Below are positions 10,041 to 20,830 of a stretch of DNA of 40,727 bases, piece by piece (positions within the stretch are counted from its first letter, which is position 1; the number at the start of each line of letters is the position of its first letter). The position numbers were made by a program, and so were the translations under genes. Origin of the DNA: an uncultured Candidatus Saccharibacteria bacterium (GTDB lineage: Bacteria > Patescibacteriota > Saccharimonadia > Saccharimonadales > UBA4665); assembly GCA_964469755.1 (NCBI GenBank), contig CAYXYX010000001.1:1-40727 (forward strand), read 5' to 3'. The notes under the pieces were generated by a model, which saw only the letters and a list, made by a program, of their open reading frames with translations, made no database searches and was not told the DNA's origin.

Positions 10041-10919
10041 ATGCTTAAAAACAAACATATCCTGAGCCTTGGACTGGCAGTATTAGTTACTGCAATTAGT
10101 TTTGTGGCGCCTGTAGCGGCTGCTAGTAAAACAGCCCCTAAAACAGCCCCTGCTACACCTATTTCGGTTCAAACGGTTGCCCAAGCTTACGGGACCACTA
10201 AACCGTTGCAGCAGGGCTTAATAGTCCAGCTAGATGATAAAAATAAAGCTAATGTGACCACAGCAACCTACAAAAAATCTAAAAACATGTTTGGCGTTAT
10301 AGTAGCCGCAGGTAATTCGGCAGTCAGCTTATCGTCATCGGCTGCGGGACAGCAGGTGTATGTGGTGACTTCGGGGCGGTATACCGTTCTGGTAAGCAAT
10401 CAAAACGGCGCTATTGCCGCCGGCGACATTGTCAGTATTTCGGCGATTGATGGCATTGGCATGAAAGCCGATACGGTTGAAGGATTTGTGCTTGGCCGGG
10501 CAGTAAACGGCTTTGATGGTAAAAAGGATGTGATTTCTACAACGACGTTAAAGGCCTCCACCGGCAAGCAAATGAAGGCGGCAATCGGTAGTATAACCGT
10601 CGATATTGCAATTACGAGTAACCCACTTCAAACCAGTGGTCAGAGTGGTGTGCCGGATTTTGTGCAAAAAATTGTAATCGGACTCGTCGGCAAACCTATA
10701 AGTTCACCCCAGTTATATGCCAGTATGGCGATTTTAATTGTGGGCATAGGTGTGGTGGCGGCGTTACTGTATGGCGGCATTGAATCGGGCATGACGGCAA
10801 TTGGTCGAAATCCTTTGGCGCGGCAATCCATTTTACGAAATATGATTCAAGTGATTGTGGCGGGATTAATGATTTTTATTGGCTGCCTTATTGCGGTATA
10901 TTTAGTACTGAAGATATAA
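10041..10919 (+). CDS. Secreted beta-rich protein with a C-terminal two-helix membrane hairpin resembling an ATP synthase c subunit
   Basis: Signal peptide (LSLGLAVLVTAISFVAPVAAAS) and an extracytoplasmic domain of about 190 aa. The last 68 aa are 'LYASMAILIVGIGVVAALLYGGIESGMTAIGRNPLARQSILRNMIQVIVAGLMIFIGCLIAVYLVLKI'. That is a Gly-rich helix, an RNP loop and a second helix, with no Asp or Glu in the second helix. Confidence 0.6.
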   Translation: MLKNKHILSLGLAVLVTAISFVAPVAAASKTAPKTAPATPISVQTVAQAYGTTKPLQQGLIVQLDDKNKANVTTATYKKSKNMFGVIVAAGNSAVSLSSSAAGQQVYVVTSGRYTVLVSNQNGAIAAGDIVSISAIDGIGMKADTVEGFVLGRAVNGFDGKKDVISTTTLKASTGKQMKAAIGSITVDIAITSNPLQTSGQSGVPDFVQKIVIGLVGKPISSPQLYASMAILIVGIGVVAALLYGGIESGMTAIGRNPLARQSILRNMIQVIVAGLMIFIGCLIAVYLVLKI

Positions 10920-10966
10920 GCATGAGCGTTAAACGCGATTGATTAAAAAATGGTGGGAAAATAGAC

Positions 10967-11578
10967 ATGATATACGGAGTAATCGGGCTAGCAGCCGTAC
11001 TAACGATCGTAGCGGTAATTATGCTGATTGTTCGGTCACAGCATGCTCATGGCGCCGAGCCAGTTGTTGCCGACACACTCGAGGAAAAGGCTCAAGAAGA
11101 TGCGGAGCATATATTCGACGATCAATTCCGTGAAGAGCTTCGTAATCGTGGGCGCTTGCACTTCGAGAAGATTATTGGTGAGAACGCTATGTTCTTGCAG
11201 CAAGATTTGCGCCTGACCACATCGCAACTTAACGAGTATATGAAAACCGAAATCACGGCTAAGTTACAGGAAGAATTTACGAAGTACGAACAATCGATTG
11301 TCGACGCCAAAGATTTAGCCGTCGATTCGATTCAAAAAACTAATGAAGTTATTGATGAACAGCGTAAGCTGTTGAGTGCTCAGTTAAGCTCACAGGTGAC
11401 AGCCGAAAAGAATAGCCTCATTGCGCGCTTCCAAGAAGATATGGCTGACATTATCAACCACTATGTGCTGGCGGCCGTTGGTAACCAAATCGACTTAACC
11501 GATCAGCTGGAATACATCATGGGCGAGTTGGAAGCTAATAAAGAAGCAATTGCTGAGGACATCAAGAATGGCGCCTAG
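10967..11578 (+). CDS. atpF: ATP synthase b-subunit-like peripheral stalk protein
   Basis: 203 aa. One N-terminal TM helix is followed by a long charged coiled coil, and the gene sits immediately upstream of the delta/alpha/gamma/beta/epsilon genes. Confidence 0.55.
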   Translation: MIYGVIGLAAVLTIVAVIMLIVRSQHAHGAEPVVADTLEEKAQEDAEHIFDDQFREELRNRGRLHFEKIIGENAMFLQQDLRLTTSQLNEYMKTEITAKLQEEFTKYEQSIVDAKDLAVDSIQKTNEVIDEQRKLLSAQLSSQVTAEKNSLIARFQEDMADIINHYVLAAVGNQIDLTDQLEYIMGELEANKEAIAEDIKNGA

Positions 11579-12101
11579 CTTTCGGTTGCTCGATAGCCTT
11601 GTTGGTGCGGCAGATGTTTCGCGGGTGAAGCGGAGCCTGGAAACACTTGATGAGCAGCATCGTCAGGCGGGATTACGCGCTAAAAAAGGTGGCAGTAATT
11701 CGCCGATTGATGAACCGGGCAGGCTATTGTTGGCACTTGCCGAGGCCAACGGCTACAACCTTGAGTCGAGTGGCGACCGCGAGTCATTGATCACTGATTT
11801 AGAAGACTTGTTGGCGACTGCGCCAACGGTCACAATGAGTTTTGCAGTTGATCCATCGGCTGTGTTTATGGCTAAAATTGTTGGCTGGATGCGCACATCT
11901 ATCAATCCTCACGTTTTAGTCCGCATTGGCCTGCAACCCAATATTGCAGCGGGTTGTGTTTTACGAACGCCAGGTAAAATTTATGACTTTAGTTTACGCA
12001 GCAAATTTACCGAACAACGACCAATGCTCATTAAGCGTCTAAAGACAGTTAAGCAGCCACTTGCTGACGTTGCAGCACCAGTTGTAGAGGCCGTCCGGTG
12101 A
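11568..12101 (+). CDS. atpH: ATP synthase delta (OSCP)-like subunit
   Basis: The ATG at 11568 has GAGGA 8 nt upstream and overlaps the b-like stop. The C-terminal part ('[10 protein letters not shown]...[31 protein letters not shown]') follows the OSCP pattern, and its stop overlaps the atpA start. Confidence 0.6.
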   Translation: MAPSFRLLDSLVGAADVSRVKRSLETLDEQHRQAGLRAKKGGSNSPIDEPGRLLLALAEANGYNLESSGDRESLITDLEDLLATAPTVTMSFAVDPSAVFMAKIVGWMRTSINPHVLVRIGLQPNIAAGCVLRTPGKIYDFSLRSKFTEQRPMLIKRLKTVKQPLADVAAPVVEAVR

Positions 12102-13692
12102 GCGACAACCGCCATTTTGATCGCTTAGTAGCCGCCGGGAATCCGGTGGGCGAAGTTGCTGGTGTTGATAACTTTTTGGTGCGCGTTAACGGACTACACC
12201 CCGTAAGTATTCATGCTCTTGTTATGTTTGAAGATGGTAGCAAGGGGTTTGTACACCACATCGATTCTCATGAAGTCACGGTCTTACACCTTGGCTCAGT
12301 AACCGTTCGAAACGGCATGATGGTGGTGGTACAGCACCAACAACTGTTGTGCAAAATTGGCAAAGAGTTTGTTGGTCGTGTCGTTTCGGTTACCGGTGAC
12401 CCGCTCGACGGAAAGGGGCCAATTGCGGCTAGTGGTGTTTGGCCAGTGTTTAATCAAGCACCGGGTATCGCAACTCGCGAGGCCCTGAGCACCCAATTGC
12501 CAACGGGCGTAACGGTGCTGGACGAGATGTTCCCTTTGGTGCGGGGTCAGCGTTTGGCGGTTTTGGGAGACAGTAAATCCGGCAAGACGACTCTCGCTAT
12601 GCAGATGCTTCTGAACCAAAAAGATACCGATATTACAGTAGTGTACGTAATGATCGCTAAGCGTCGTAGCGACATCGATGCTGTGCTTACCAAATTGACG
12701 GCGACCGGCGCTATTGAACATGCCATTGTGGTCGTGTCGACAGTTTTTGAATCACTGGTCATGAGCTATTTGGCACCTTACGTGGCTTGCTCAATGGCAG
12801 AATTTTTGTGGCAAAAATGTGACACCGATACGCTCATTATTTATGATGATTTAACCTCACATGCCCATGCCTATCGGGAAATTGCCCTCATGTCAGGGGC
12901 GAGTCCAGGACGTGACAGTTACCCGGGTGATATGTTTTACATGCACTCCAGTTTGCTTGAACGGGCCGGTAAACTTAAAGCTAACTCTAAAACATTAACA
13001 TCCTTGCCAATCGTGTTGACGCCGGGTGGCGATATCACGGCTTATTTGCCAACTAACATTATGTCCATTACCGATGGTCAGTGGATTCTGGATATGAAGG
13101 TTTTTCGCGATACAATGCGCCCAGGCGTAAGTACAGGTCTTAGCGTGACTCGTGTTGGTGGTCTTGGTCTAAACAAACGCCAAAAAGAATTAGCTGGTCA
13201 GGTAACCAAAGCGCTTAATGCCTACCGAACAGCCGAAGAGTTCGCTCACTTTGGTTCCGAAATGGGTGGTACCGCGGCGCATGACCTAATTCTGGGTAAA
13301 AGATTATATGAACTCATGAGCCAAACGCCGGAGGAGACGTACAACCCGGTCGAACAGGTATTGCTGCTCGACCTAGTGTTAAATGCACCTGATGACGAGT
13401 CGGTGGTAGACATTGCCAAGCTCAAAATTGAAGTTCGTGCCGCGGCAGCTAGTATTACGGACGAAGCTCAATATGAAGGTGTGCGTGATACGCTGCGCGT
13501 TAAAGTGACTCCAACCGTTGAAGAGCGTGCTGCCGAGGTTGCTGCAGCTCAGGCAGCTGCTCAAGCTGCTCTTAAGCCAAAACCTCAATCTCCAGCTGAC
13601 AGTGAAGTGAATGCTGTTGAGACCAAAGTCGATACCAAAGTCGCCGAGGATAAGAATATAAAATCTGAACCCGAAAAGGTTGAGACCAAGTA

Positions 13693-13693
<1 letters not shown>
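12098..13693 (+). CDS. atpA: F1 ATP synthase alpha subunit, divergent, with a low-complexity C-terminal tail
   Basis: 531 aa. The Walker A motif is 'GDSKSGKTT' (canonical GDRQTGKT). '[16 protein letters not shown]', '[21 protein letters not shown]' and 'ITDGQWIL' are also present. A tail of about 57 aa rich in Ala/Gln/Lys/Glu follows. Confidence 0.9.
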
Positions 13694-15856
<2,163 letters not shown>

Positions 15857-15857
<1 letters not shown>

Positions 15858-16192
15858 TGACCAAACGTCAAGACGCTAGTACTGGTCAAATTGTTGATGA
15901 CGGTCGGCAGGAAGCTGTTACTAAGGGGCCGAGAATGGTTGATGGCAAACAGGTCATGGCACTTAAAATCTATTCGCCGTTTAAAGTATATTTTGATGAA
16001 GATACATTTAGTATATCTGCCGAAAATGCCACCGGCCCGTTTGATATTTTGCCTAGACACCATAACTTTATGTCATTGCTTGCTGCCTGCGAATTACGGG
16101 TCGTGGCACCAACCGGCGAAAAGCGGATTAGAATTAGCGGCGGGCTGATATTGGTTGAATCCGACAGAGTAAAAGTGTTTTTAGACGTTTAG
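15857..16192 (+). CDS. atpC: F1 ATP synthase epsilon subunit (beta-sandwich domain only)
   Basis: 111 aa with a TAATG overlap onto the atpD stop. It has 'GPFDILPRHHNFMSLL' and 'ISGGLILVESDRVKVFLD', and no C-terminal helical hairpin. Confidence 0.75.
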
Positions 16193-17202
16193 CCAATTAC
16201 AAAGTAATCAAAGCCAAAACCGGCATTATCGGGGGGCGTGTTGCTGCTGCAAATACTAAAGCTGGTATTCGAGCGGTTAACATAAAAGTTAACTTCACCT
16301 GCCGCTGAGCCAACGGGGGTTACGATCACGTGCGGTGTGCTGGCGTATTTGGTAGTAAAGCTAACAGTAATAAAACAGCCGGCATTTGGACTCGAACCAG
16401 TATTTACTGTTATTGATCCTGCTGTATCACTACCACTGACGCTGGCCGTGCCACCGCTACCAACGGCTGTACCTGGGCTGCGTCCTGGCGTGCCACCGCT
16501 GGCAGTTATGTGGCGCGTGAGCGACAAGTCACCATTCAATAAGAAACTGTTGGTAGATATTTGTGGCGCCGAAACGGCTCCACTAAAGGTTCCAGCCCCA
16601 CCAACCTGTAATGACTGGGCAATAGTCTCTTGGCCTTGTACGGCCACATTGCCAGTGACTGCCAAATTTTTACTTACTGTAGCCTGACCTAAGTTAGCTG
16701 TGTCGCTTACATTAATGTTTGGCAAATTAAGGCTGCCACCAAGTTGTAAGTTACCGGCAATCTCTAGGTCGCTTCGGGCAAGCACTTTACCCGCAAAGAC
16801 TGCACTGCCTTGCACGCTCAACACTTGGCCACTGCTACCAATACTGGCATCACTTTTAGCAAGTTGATCGAGTGTGTCCTGGGATAGTGAAGTGGTGCTA
16901 ATGGTACCCGTGCTGCTCTTCCTTTTACTATAGTTGTAGCTAAACAGGACAATCAGACCGGCCACAACTAAGACGAATATGAAGAGTAAAAGGTAAATGT
17001 TGAAGCTGAAAAGCTTGTTAATAAGCCGTTTGCTAAAAGGCGGCTTTGGCGCTGGGCCAACAGGGATAGGATTAGCGTTTTCAGCTGATATAACGCCTGT
17101 TTTTTGGGCGGCGCTAGTCTGATCCTGGACAATTGTTGTCGGAGCATCCAATGACTCGAGGTCGGTGTCTTCGGCGGGGGCTGCCGGTGGTTTTTGATCC
17201 AT
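16189..17202 (-). CDS. Bitopic surface protein: Pro/Ala-rich cytoplasmic N-terminus, one TM helix, a beta-helix-like repeat region and a C-terminal beta-sandwich domain
   Basis: The TM helix is 'LFSFNIYLLLFIFVLVVAGLIVLF'. It is followed by degenerate repeats '...VQGSAVFAGKVLARSDLEIAGNLQLGGSLNL...LAVTGNVAVQGQETIAQSLQVGGAGTFSGAV...'. I prefer the ATG at 17202 (a CATAAT/TAATAT -10 lies 7-9 nt upstream) over the TTG at 17241. Confidence 0.6.
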   Translation of the reverse strand: MDQKPPAAPAEDTDLESLDAPTTIVQDQTSAAQKTGVISAENANPIPVGPAPKPPFSKRLINKLFSFNIYLLLFIFVLVVAGLIVLFSYNYSKRKSSTGTISTTSLSQDTLDQLAKSDASIGSSGQVLSVQGSAVFAGKVLARSDLEIAGNLQLGGSLNLPNINVSDTANLGQATVSKNLAVTGNVAVQGQETIAQSLQVGGAGTFSGAVSAPQISTNSFLLNGDLSLTRHITASGGTPGRSPGTAVGSGGTASVSGSDTAGSITVNTGSSPNAGCFITVSFTTKYASTPHVIVTPVGSAAGEVNFYVNRSNTSFSICSSNTPPDNAGFGFDYFVIG

Positions 17203-17305
17203 ACTCTGTATATTATGCTTACGCTTGGTCTTATAATACAAGAAATACGATTAAAGCGTAAGCGGGCTGGCATTTTGAGGGTCAATTTGCAATACTGAAA
17301 CAAGC

Positions 17306-18052
17306 ATGAGGGCAAAACAAAAACTGGTTACGGCTACATTGCTAGGGCTTCTAGCTACGTTTGGTATGGGCGGTCTTGTATTAGCCAACACTGTGCCACA
17401 GGCTACATCGAGTAGCTATGGAGTTAACGAGGTGTTTTTTGGAAGTGGCGGTTCGTTGCACGATTGTTCAGCGTCTTATTGTGCTAAAACATCGCTTGGT
17501 GAAACCGGAGTTGGGAATACATCAAGCACGAACTATCAAGCTCAAGGTGGCTTTAACACCGATAGGCAGCCATATCTACAGTTCGTAGTTAGCAACACAA
17601 ACGTAGACATTGGTACATTGAGCAGTTCTAGTACTAAAACGGCTACCGCAACCTTTTCAGTCAAAAGCTATTTGGCTAGCGGCTACGTGGTCAAGCAGAC
17701 ATCGCCCGGACCAACCAATGGATCGTACGTAATGGCTGGACTCGCCACGCCAACTGCATCGGCATCAGGCACAGAGCAATTTGGCATTAACTTGGTGGCA
17801 AATACGAGCCCTGCCACTTTTGGTGCCGTGCCGACTCAGGCACCTGACTCAACCTTTAGTCATGGGCAAGTTTCGGCTGGCTATAATACGGCCAACCTCT
17901 TTAAATATGTTCAAAATGACTCTATAGCCTATTCGGATGTCAGTAGTGGCACGACGAACTACACAATTTCATATATATTCAATGTTTCTAACCTGACTGC
18001 TGGCGGGACCTACACCTTGCGTCACGTGCTGGTGGCAACCTCTACCTTCTAG
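17306..18052 (+). CDS. Secreted paralog P1 of the surface locus (short form, module B only)
   Basis: Signal peptide, 2 Cys, 'GTEQFGINLVANTSP', and the C-terminus 'AGGTYTLRHVLVATSTF*'. It shares the C-terminal half architecture with P2-P5. Confidence 0.7.
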   Translation: MRAKQKLVTATLLGLLATFGMGGLVLANTVPQATSSSYGVNEVFFGSGGSLHDCSASYCAKTSLGETGVGNTSSTNYQAQGGFNTDRQPYLQFVVSNTNVDIGTLSSSSTKTATATFSVKSYLASGYVVKQTSPGPTNGSYVMAGLATPTASASGTEQFGINLVANTSPATFGAVPTQAPDSTFSHGQVSAGYNTANLFKYVQNDSIAYSDVSSGTTNYTISYIFNVSNLTAGGTYTLRHVLVATSTF

Positions 18053-18148
18053 GCCTTGATATATGTCACGCTCTTGAGACTTGCAAACAGATACCGCTAG
18101 TGGTAAGTTTTATATAAGAACCTTGTGCCTTGGTGGTTATGTGAGCCC

Positions 18149-19372
18149 ATGAAATATATACAAAAAGTAAAGCTATACTTTATAGGAAAGCTCCCGCTAA
18201 TATTGGCGGGAGAGTTGTTAGTGGCGTTATCACTTGCCGTATTATTACCGGGGCAAGGTCTAGCTGGACAATTGACTGGCCGATCCCTACAGTTGTCCGA
18301 CTCCGCTCCCTCTACAGCAACGACCGGTGTTGGTAGTGGTACTAACGTAGCATTTAAGCTTACCTTCCTCCCAAGTGCCGCGGCTTCCGTTGGTGGTATT
18401 GTGGTGGACTTTTGTAGTAATAGCGCCCTGGTTGGTGATTCGTGCACCGCCCCAACTGGGCTGAACGTCAACCGTTCAACGACTGCAGTGGCGGCGCAAA
18501 CTGCCAACTGTGGCGCCAACGCCTTTGCCACAACCACTACTGACGCCACGAACAACCGTATAATTATTACCCGTGCTTCACCTCAATCCATTTCCTTATC
18601 CTGTGCAGTCGATATCGGCAATGGTACTACCACCGGCATTACTAATCCCTCAACCCTTGGCACCTTCTACGCTCGTATTTATACGTATGCTACAGCAGCT
18701 GCCGCCAACGCTCACGTTACAGCGACCCCTACCGGTTATATTGATAGTGGTAGTATTGCTCTGAGTACGGTCAGCGTCATAACCATCACGGCTCGCGTTG
18801 CAGAAACCTTGATCTTCTGTGCCTCGGCCGCCTCACCATCGGCAAATTGTGGCGGTTTAACTACGCCCACCATTAGCCTTGGGCATGGCACGGTCAAGTC
18901 ACTTGACGGCTCCGCTGTCGATACAGGCATCATATATACTCAATTGTCAACGAACGCTACGAGCGGAGCGTTTGTTCGTATGCATAATAGTAACGGCACG
19001 TGCGGAGGCTTAAGCCTCGACGGTGGTGCAAGCTGTGGCATTCCGCCAGCTGGTTCGGGTGCAGCGACGGCCCCGGGAGCGGCGCTGGTCATTGGTAATA
19101 CTAGTTCTGTGCCCGCCTTTGGCCTCAATGTACCAACATCTGGTGGTGTTGCTTCCCAAGCGCCGTACGCTAGTGCCGCGGGCTACTATGGCATGGACAC
19201 GACTACAGCTGGCCAAAATGTTACTACTACCTATGGCGGGAACGTCCTTACGGCGTCAGCACCGGTTAACAACGTCACCAATACCTGGACTTTTGCAGCC
19301 ACGGCCACTAACATCGTTCCAGCCGGTTTATATAGTGCTAATATTTCGCTCATAGCTGTCGGCAGATTTTAG
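18149..19372 (+). CDS. Secreted paralog P2 (two-module, 8 Cys)
   Basis: I chose the ATG at 18149 (MKYIQKV..., signal peptide ...LLPGQGLAG). The mature N-terminus is 'QLTGRSLQLSDSAPS'. Other shared motifs are 'DFCSNSALVGDSCTAPTGL', 'ITNPSTLGTFYARIYTY' and the C-terminus 'PAGLYSANISLIAVGRF*'. Confidence 0.75.
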   Translation: MKYIQKVKLYFIGKLPLILAGELLVALSLAVLLPGQGLAGQLTGRSLQLSDSAPSTATTGVGSGTNVAFKLTFLPSAAASVGGIVVDFCSNSALVGDSCTAPTGLNVNRSTTAVAAQTANCGANAFATTTTDATNNRIIITRASPQSISLSCAVDIGNGTTTGITNPSTLGTFYARIYTYATAAAANAHVTATPTGYIDSGSIALSTVSVITITARVAETLIFCASAASPSANCGGLTTPTISLGHGTVKSLDGSAVDTGIIYTQLSTNATSGAFVRMHNSNGTCGGLSLDGGASCGIPPAGSGAATAPGAALVIGNTSSVPAFGLNVPTSGGVASQAPYASAAGYYGMDTTTAGQNVTTTYGGNVLTASAPVNNVTNTWTFAATATNIVPAGLYSANISLIAVGRF

Positions 19373-19394
19373 TGTAAAAAATACAGCAGTAAAG

Positions 19395-19423
19395 TTGCAT
19401 AAGCATTTTTGAAGTGGTACTAT
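19395..19423 (+). promoter_or_regulatory. Promoter TTGCAT-N17-(TGg)TACTAT for P3, followed by an A-rich leader with no SD
   Basis: TTGCAT at 19395-19400 and TACTAT at 19418-19423, with TG at -15/-14. The leader 19424-19463 contains AAAATCAAAAATCAAATCAAAAAG. Confidence 0.55.
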
Positions 19424-19463
19424 CTCTTTAGGTAAAGCAAAAATCAAAAATCAAATCAAAAAG

Positions 19464-20708
19464 ATGCAAGCTAAACAAACAATCAAGAATTTCTTATTCA
19501 GAGGCACATCATCGGTAGTAGCCGCGCAGTTTGTTGCGGTTTTGGTTTTTTCATCTCTACTGGCATTTCAAGGTTCAGCTTCGGCTGGTCAGTTAACGAA
19601 CCGATCATTACAGTTTTCTGACTCCGCGCCCTCAGGTGGCTCCATCACTAGCGGTGTTGGTAGCGGTACCAGGGTGGCTATGAAGCTATCACTCACTCCA
19701 AGTGCTAGTGCCGCCGTTGGCGGTATAGTCATCGACTTCTGTAGCAACAGCGCACTCGTCGGTGATAGCTGTACGGCTCCAACTGGCCTGAACGTTAACC
19801 GTGCAACCACTGCCGTTAATGCCACAATGGTAGGTGGCTGTGGTGCAACCGCCTTCACCACCTATACTTCTGATGCCACCAACAACCGTATTATTATTAC
19901 TCGCGCGACTGCTAACAATATTACTGCCGCTTGTGCGATTGATATTGGTGACGGTATTCCCGTTACCGGTAACGGTATTACCAATCCGTCAACACTCGGT
20001 ACTTTCTATGCCCGCATTTACACCTATGCCACTGCAGCCGCAGCCCAAGGCCACACCACTGCCTCACCTACTGGTTATGTCGATAGTGGTAGCCTCGCTT
20101 TGACCACTGTCAGTGTTATAACTGTTACCGCTCGTGTCCAGGAAATCCTGATCTTTTGTGCATCGGCTGCCTCACCTACCTCGAGTTGTGGTGGCTTAAC
20201 TACGCCTGCAATTAGCCTGGGGCACAACAGTCCAAAGATTCTTGACGGCTCTGCTGTCGATACTGGTGTTGTCTATACCCAGCTGTCAACAAACGCAGCC
20301 AGTGGGGCAACGGTACGCATACATAATAGTAACGGAACTTGTGGTGGCTTAAGTCTCGATGGCGGTACGACCTGTGGTATCCCACCAGCAGGCTCGGGCG
20401 CAGCTACTGCGCCTGGTGCGGCGCTGGCAATTGGTTCCTCTGGTGGCGCAGCTTTTGGCTTAAACGTTCCAACCTCTGGCGCTGTCACTTCCCAAGCACC
20501 GTACGCTAGTGCCGCCGGCTATTATGGAATGGACACGACAACGGCCAATGCAAACGCTACCACGACTTACGGTAGTACCGTTCTTGCAGCAGCAGCACCG
20601 GTTAACAACGTCACCAATACCTGGACCTTTGCAGCCACAGCAAGTAACGTCACGCCAGCCGGTCTTTACGCAGCCAATATTGCTACGATAGCAACGGGTA
20701 ACTTTTAA
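19464..20708 (+). CDS. Secreted paralog P3 (two-module, 8 Cys); close duplicate of P2
   Basis: 414 aa with a signal peptide ending ...GSASAG. It carries 'QLTNRSLQFSDSAPS' and the same Cys pattern and motifs as P2, and ends 'PAGLYAANIATIATGNF*'. Confidence 0.8.
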   Translation: MQAKQTIKNFLFRGTSSVVAAQFVAVLVFSSLLAFQGSASAGQLTNRSLQFSDSAPSGGSITSGVGSGTRVAMKLSLTPSASAAVGGIVIDFCSNSALVGDSCTAPTGLNVNRATTAVNATMVGGCGATAFTTYTSDATNNRIIITRATANNITAACAIDIGDGIPVTGNGITNPSTLGTFYARIYTYATAAAAQGHTTASPTGYVDSGSLALTTVSVITVTARVQEILIFCASAASPTSSCGGLTTPAISLGHNSPKILDGSAVDTGVVYTQLSTNAASGATVRIHNSNGTCGGLSLDGGTTCGIPPAGSGAATAPGAALAIGSSGGAAFGLNVPTSGAVTSQAPYASAAGYYGMDTTTANANATTTYGSTVLAAAAPVNNVTNTWTFAATASNVTPAGLYAANIATIATGNF

Positions 20709-20765
20709 TGAAGTACGTTATTAGAAACGATGACAAATATAGGGGACTACTCAAGCGTAAAATAC

Positions 20766-20795
20766 TTGCACTACGCAACATAAGCGTGATACGAT
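20766..20795 (+). promoter_or_regulatory. Promoter TTGCAC-N18-(TGa)TACGAT for P4
   Basis: TTGCAC at 20766-20771 and TACGAT at 20790-20795. An A-rich leader without an SD runs to the ATG at 20831. Confidence 0.4.
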
Positions 20796-20830
20796 CAAAT
20801 TACAGCAATAGTAAAACAAATAACTCAACC

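Noticed and set aside
16189-17202. Bactofilin or another cytoskeletal beta-helix protein, because of the xVxGxLxV-type repeats.
   Set aside because: The repeats lie after a clear TM helix, so they are extracytoplasmic, and the protein has a Cys-paired C-terminal domain. A surface-fibre or adhesin interpretation fits better.
18125-18148. Upstream extensions of ORF-track starts: 18125 (P2), 20708 (P4), 23261, 24359, 3670 (pilin), 17241, 30501, 30526, 5071, 5372 and 11550.
   Set aside because: The extensions begin at TTG, GTG or weak codons. They add non-signal-peptide residues in front of obvious signal peptides or overlap promoters. Internal ATGs give canonical N-termini (a signal peptide, or the G|FxxxE leader) and fit the -10 or SD positions.
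19441-19463. The short reiterated AAATCAA/AAAATCAAAAATCAAATCAAAAAG tract as a possible CRISPR or tandem-repeat locus.
   Set aside because: It is only about 24 nt of a 7-8-nt A-rich unit, with no spacers and no cas genes. It is better explained as an A-rich 5' leader.
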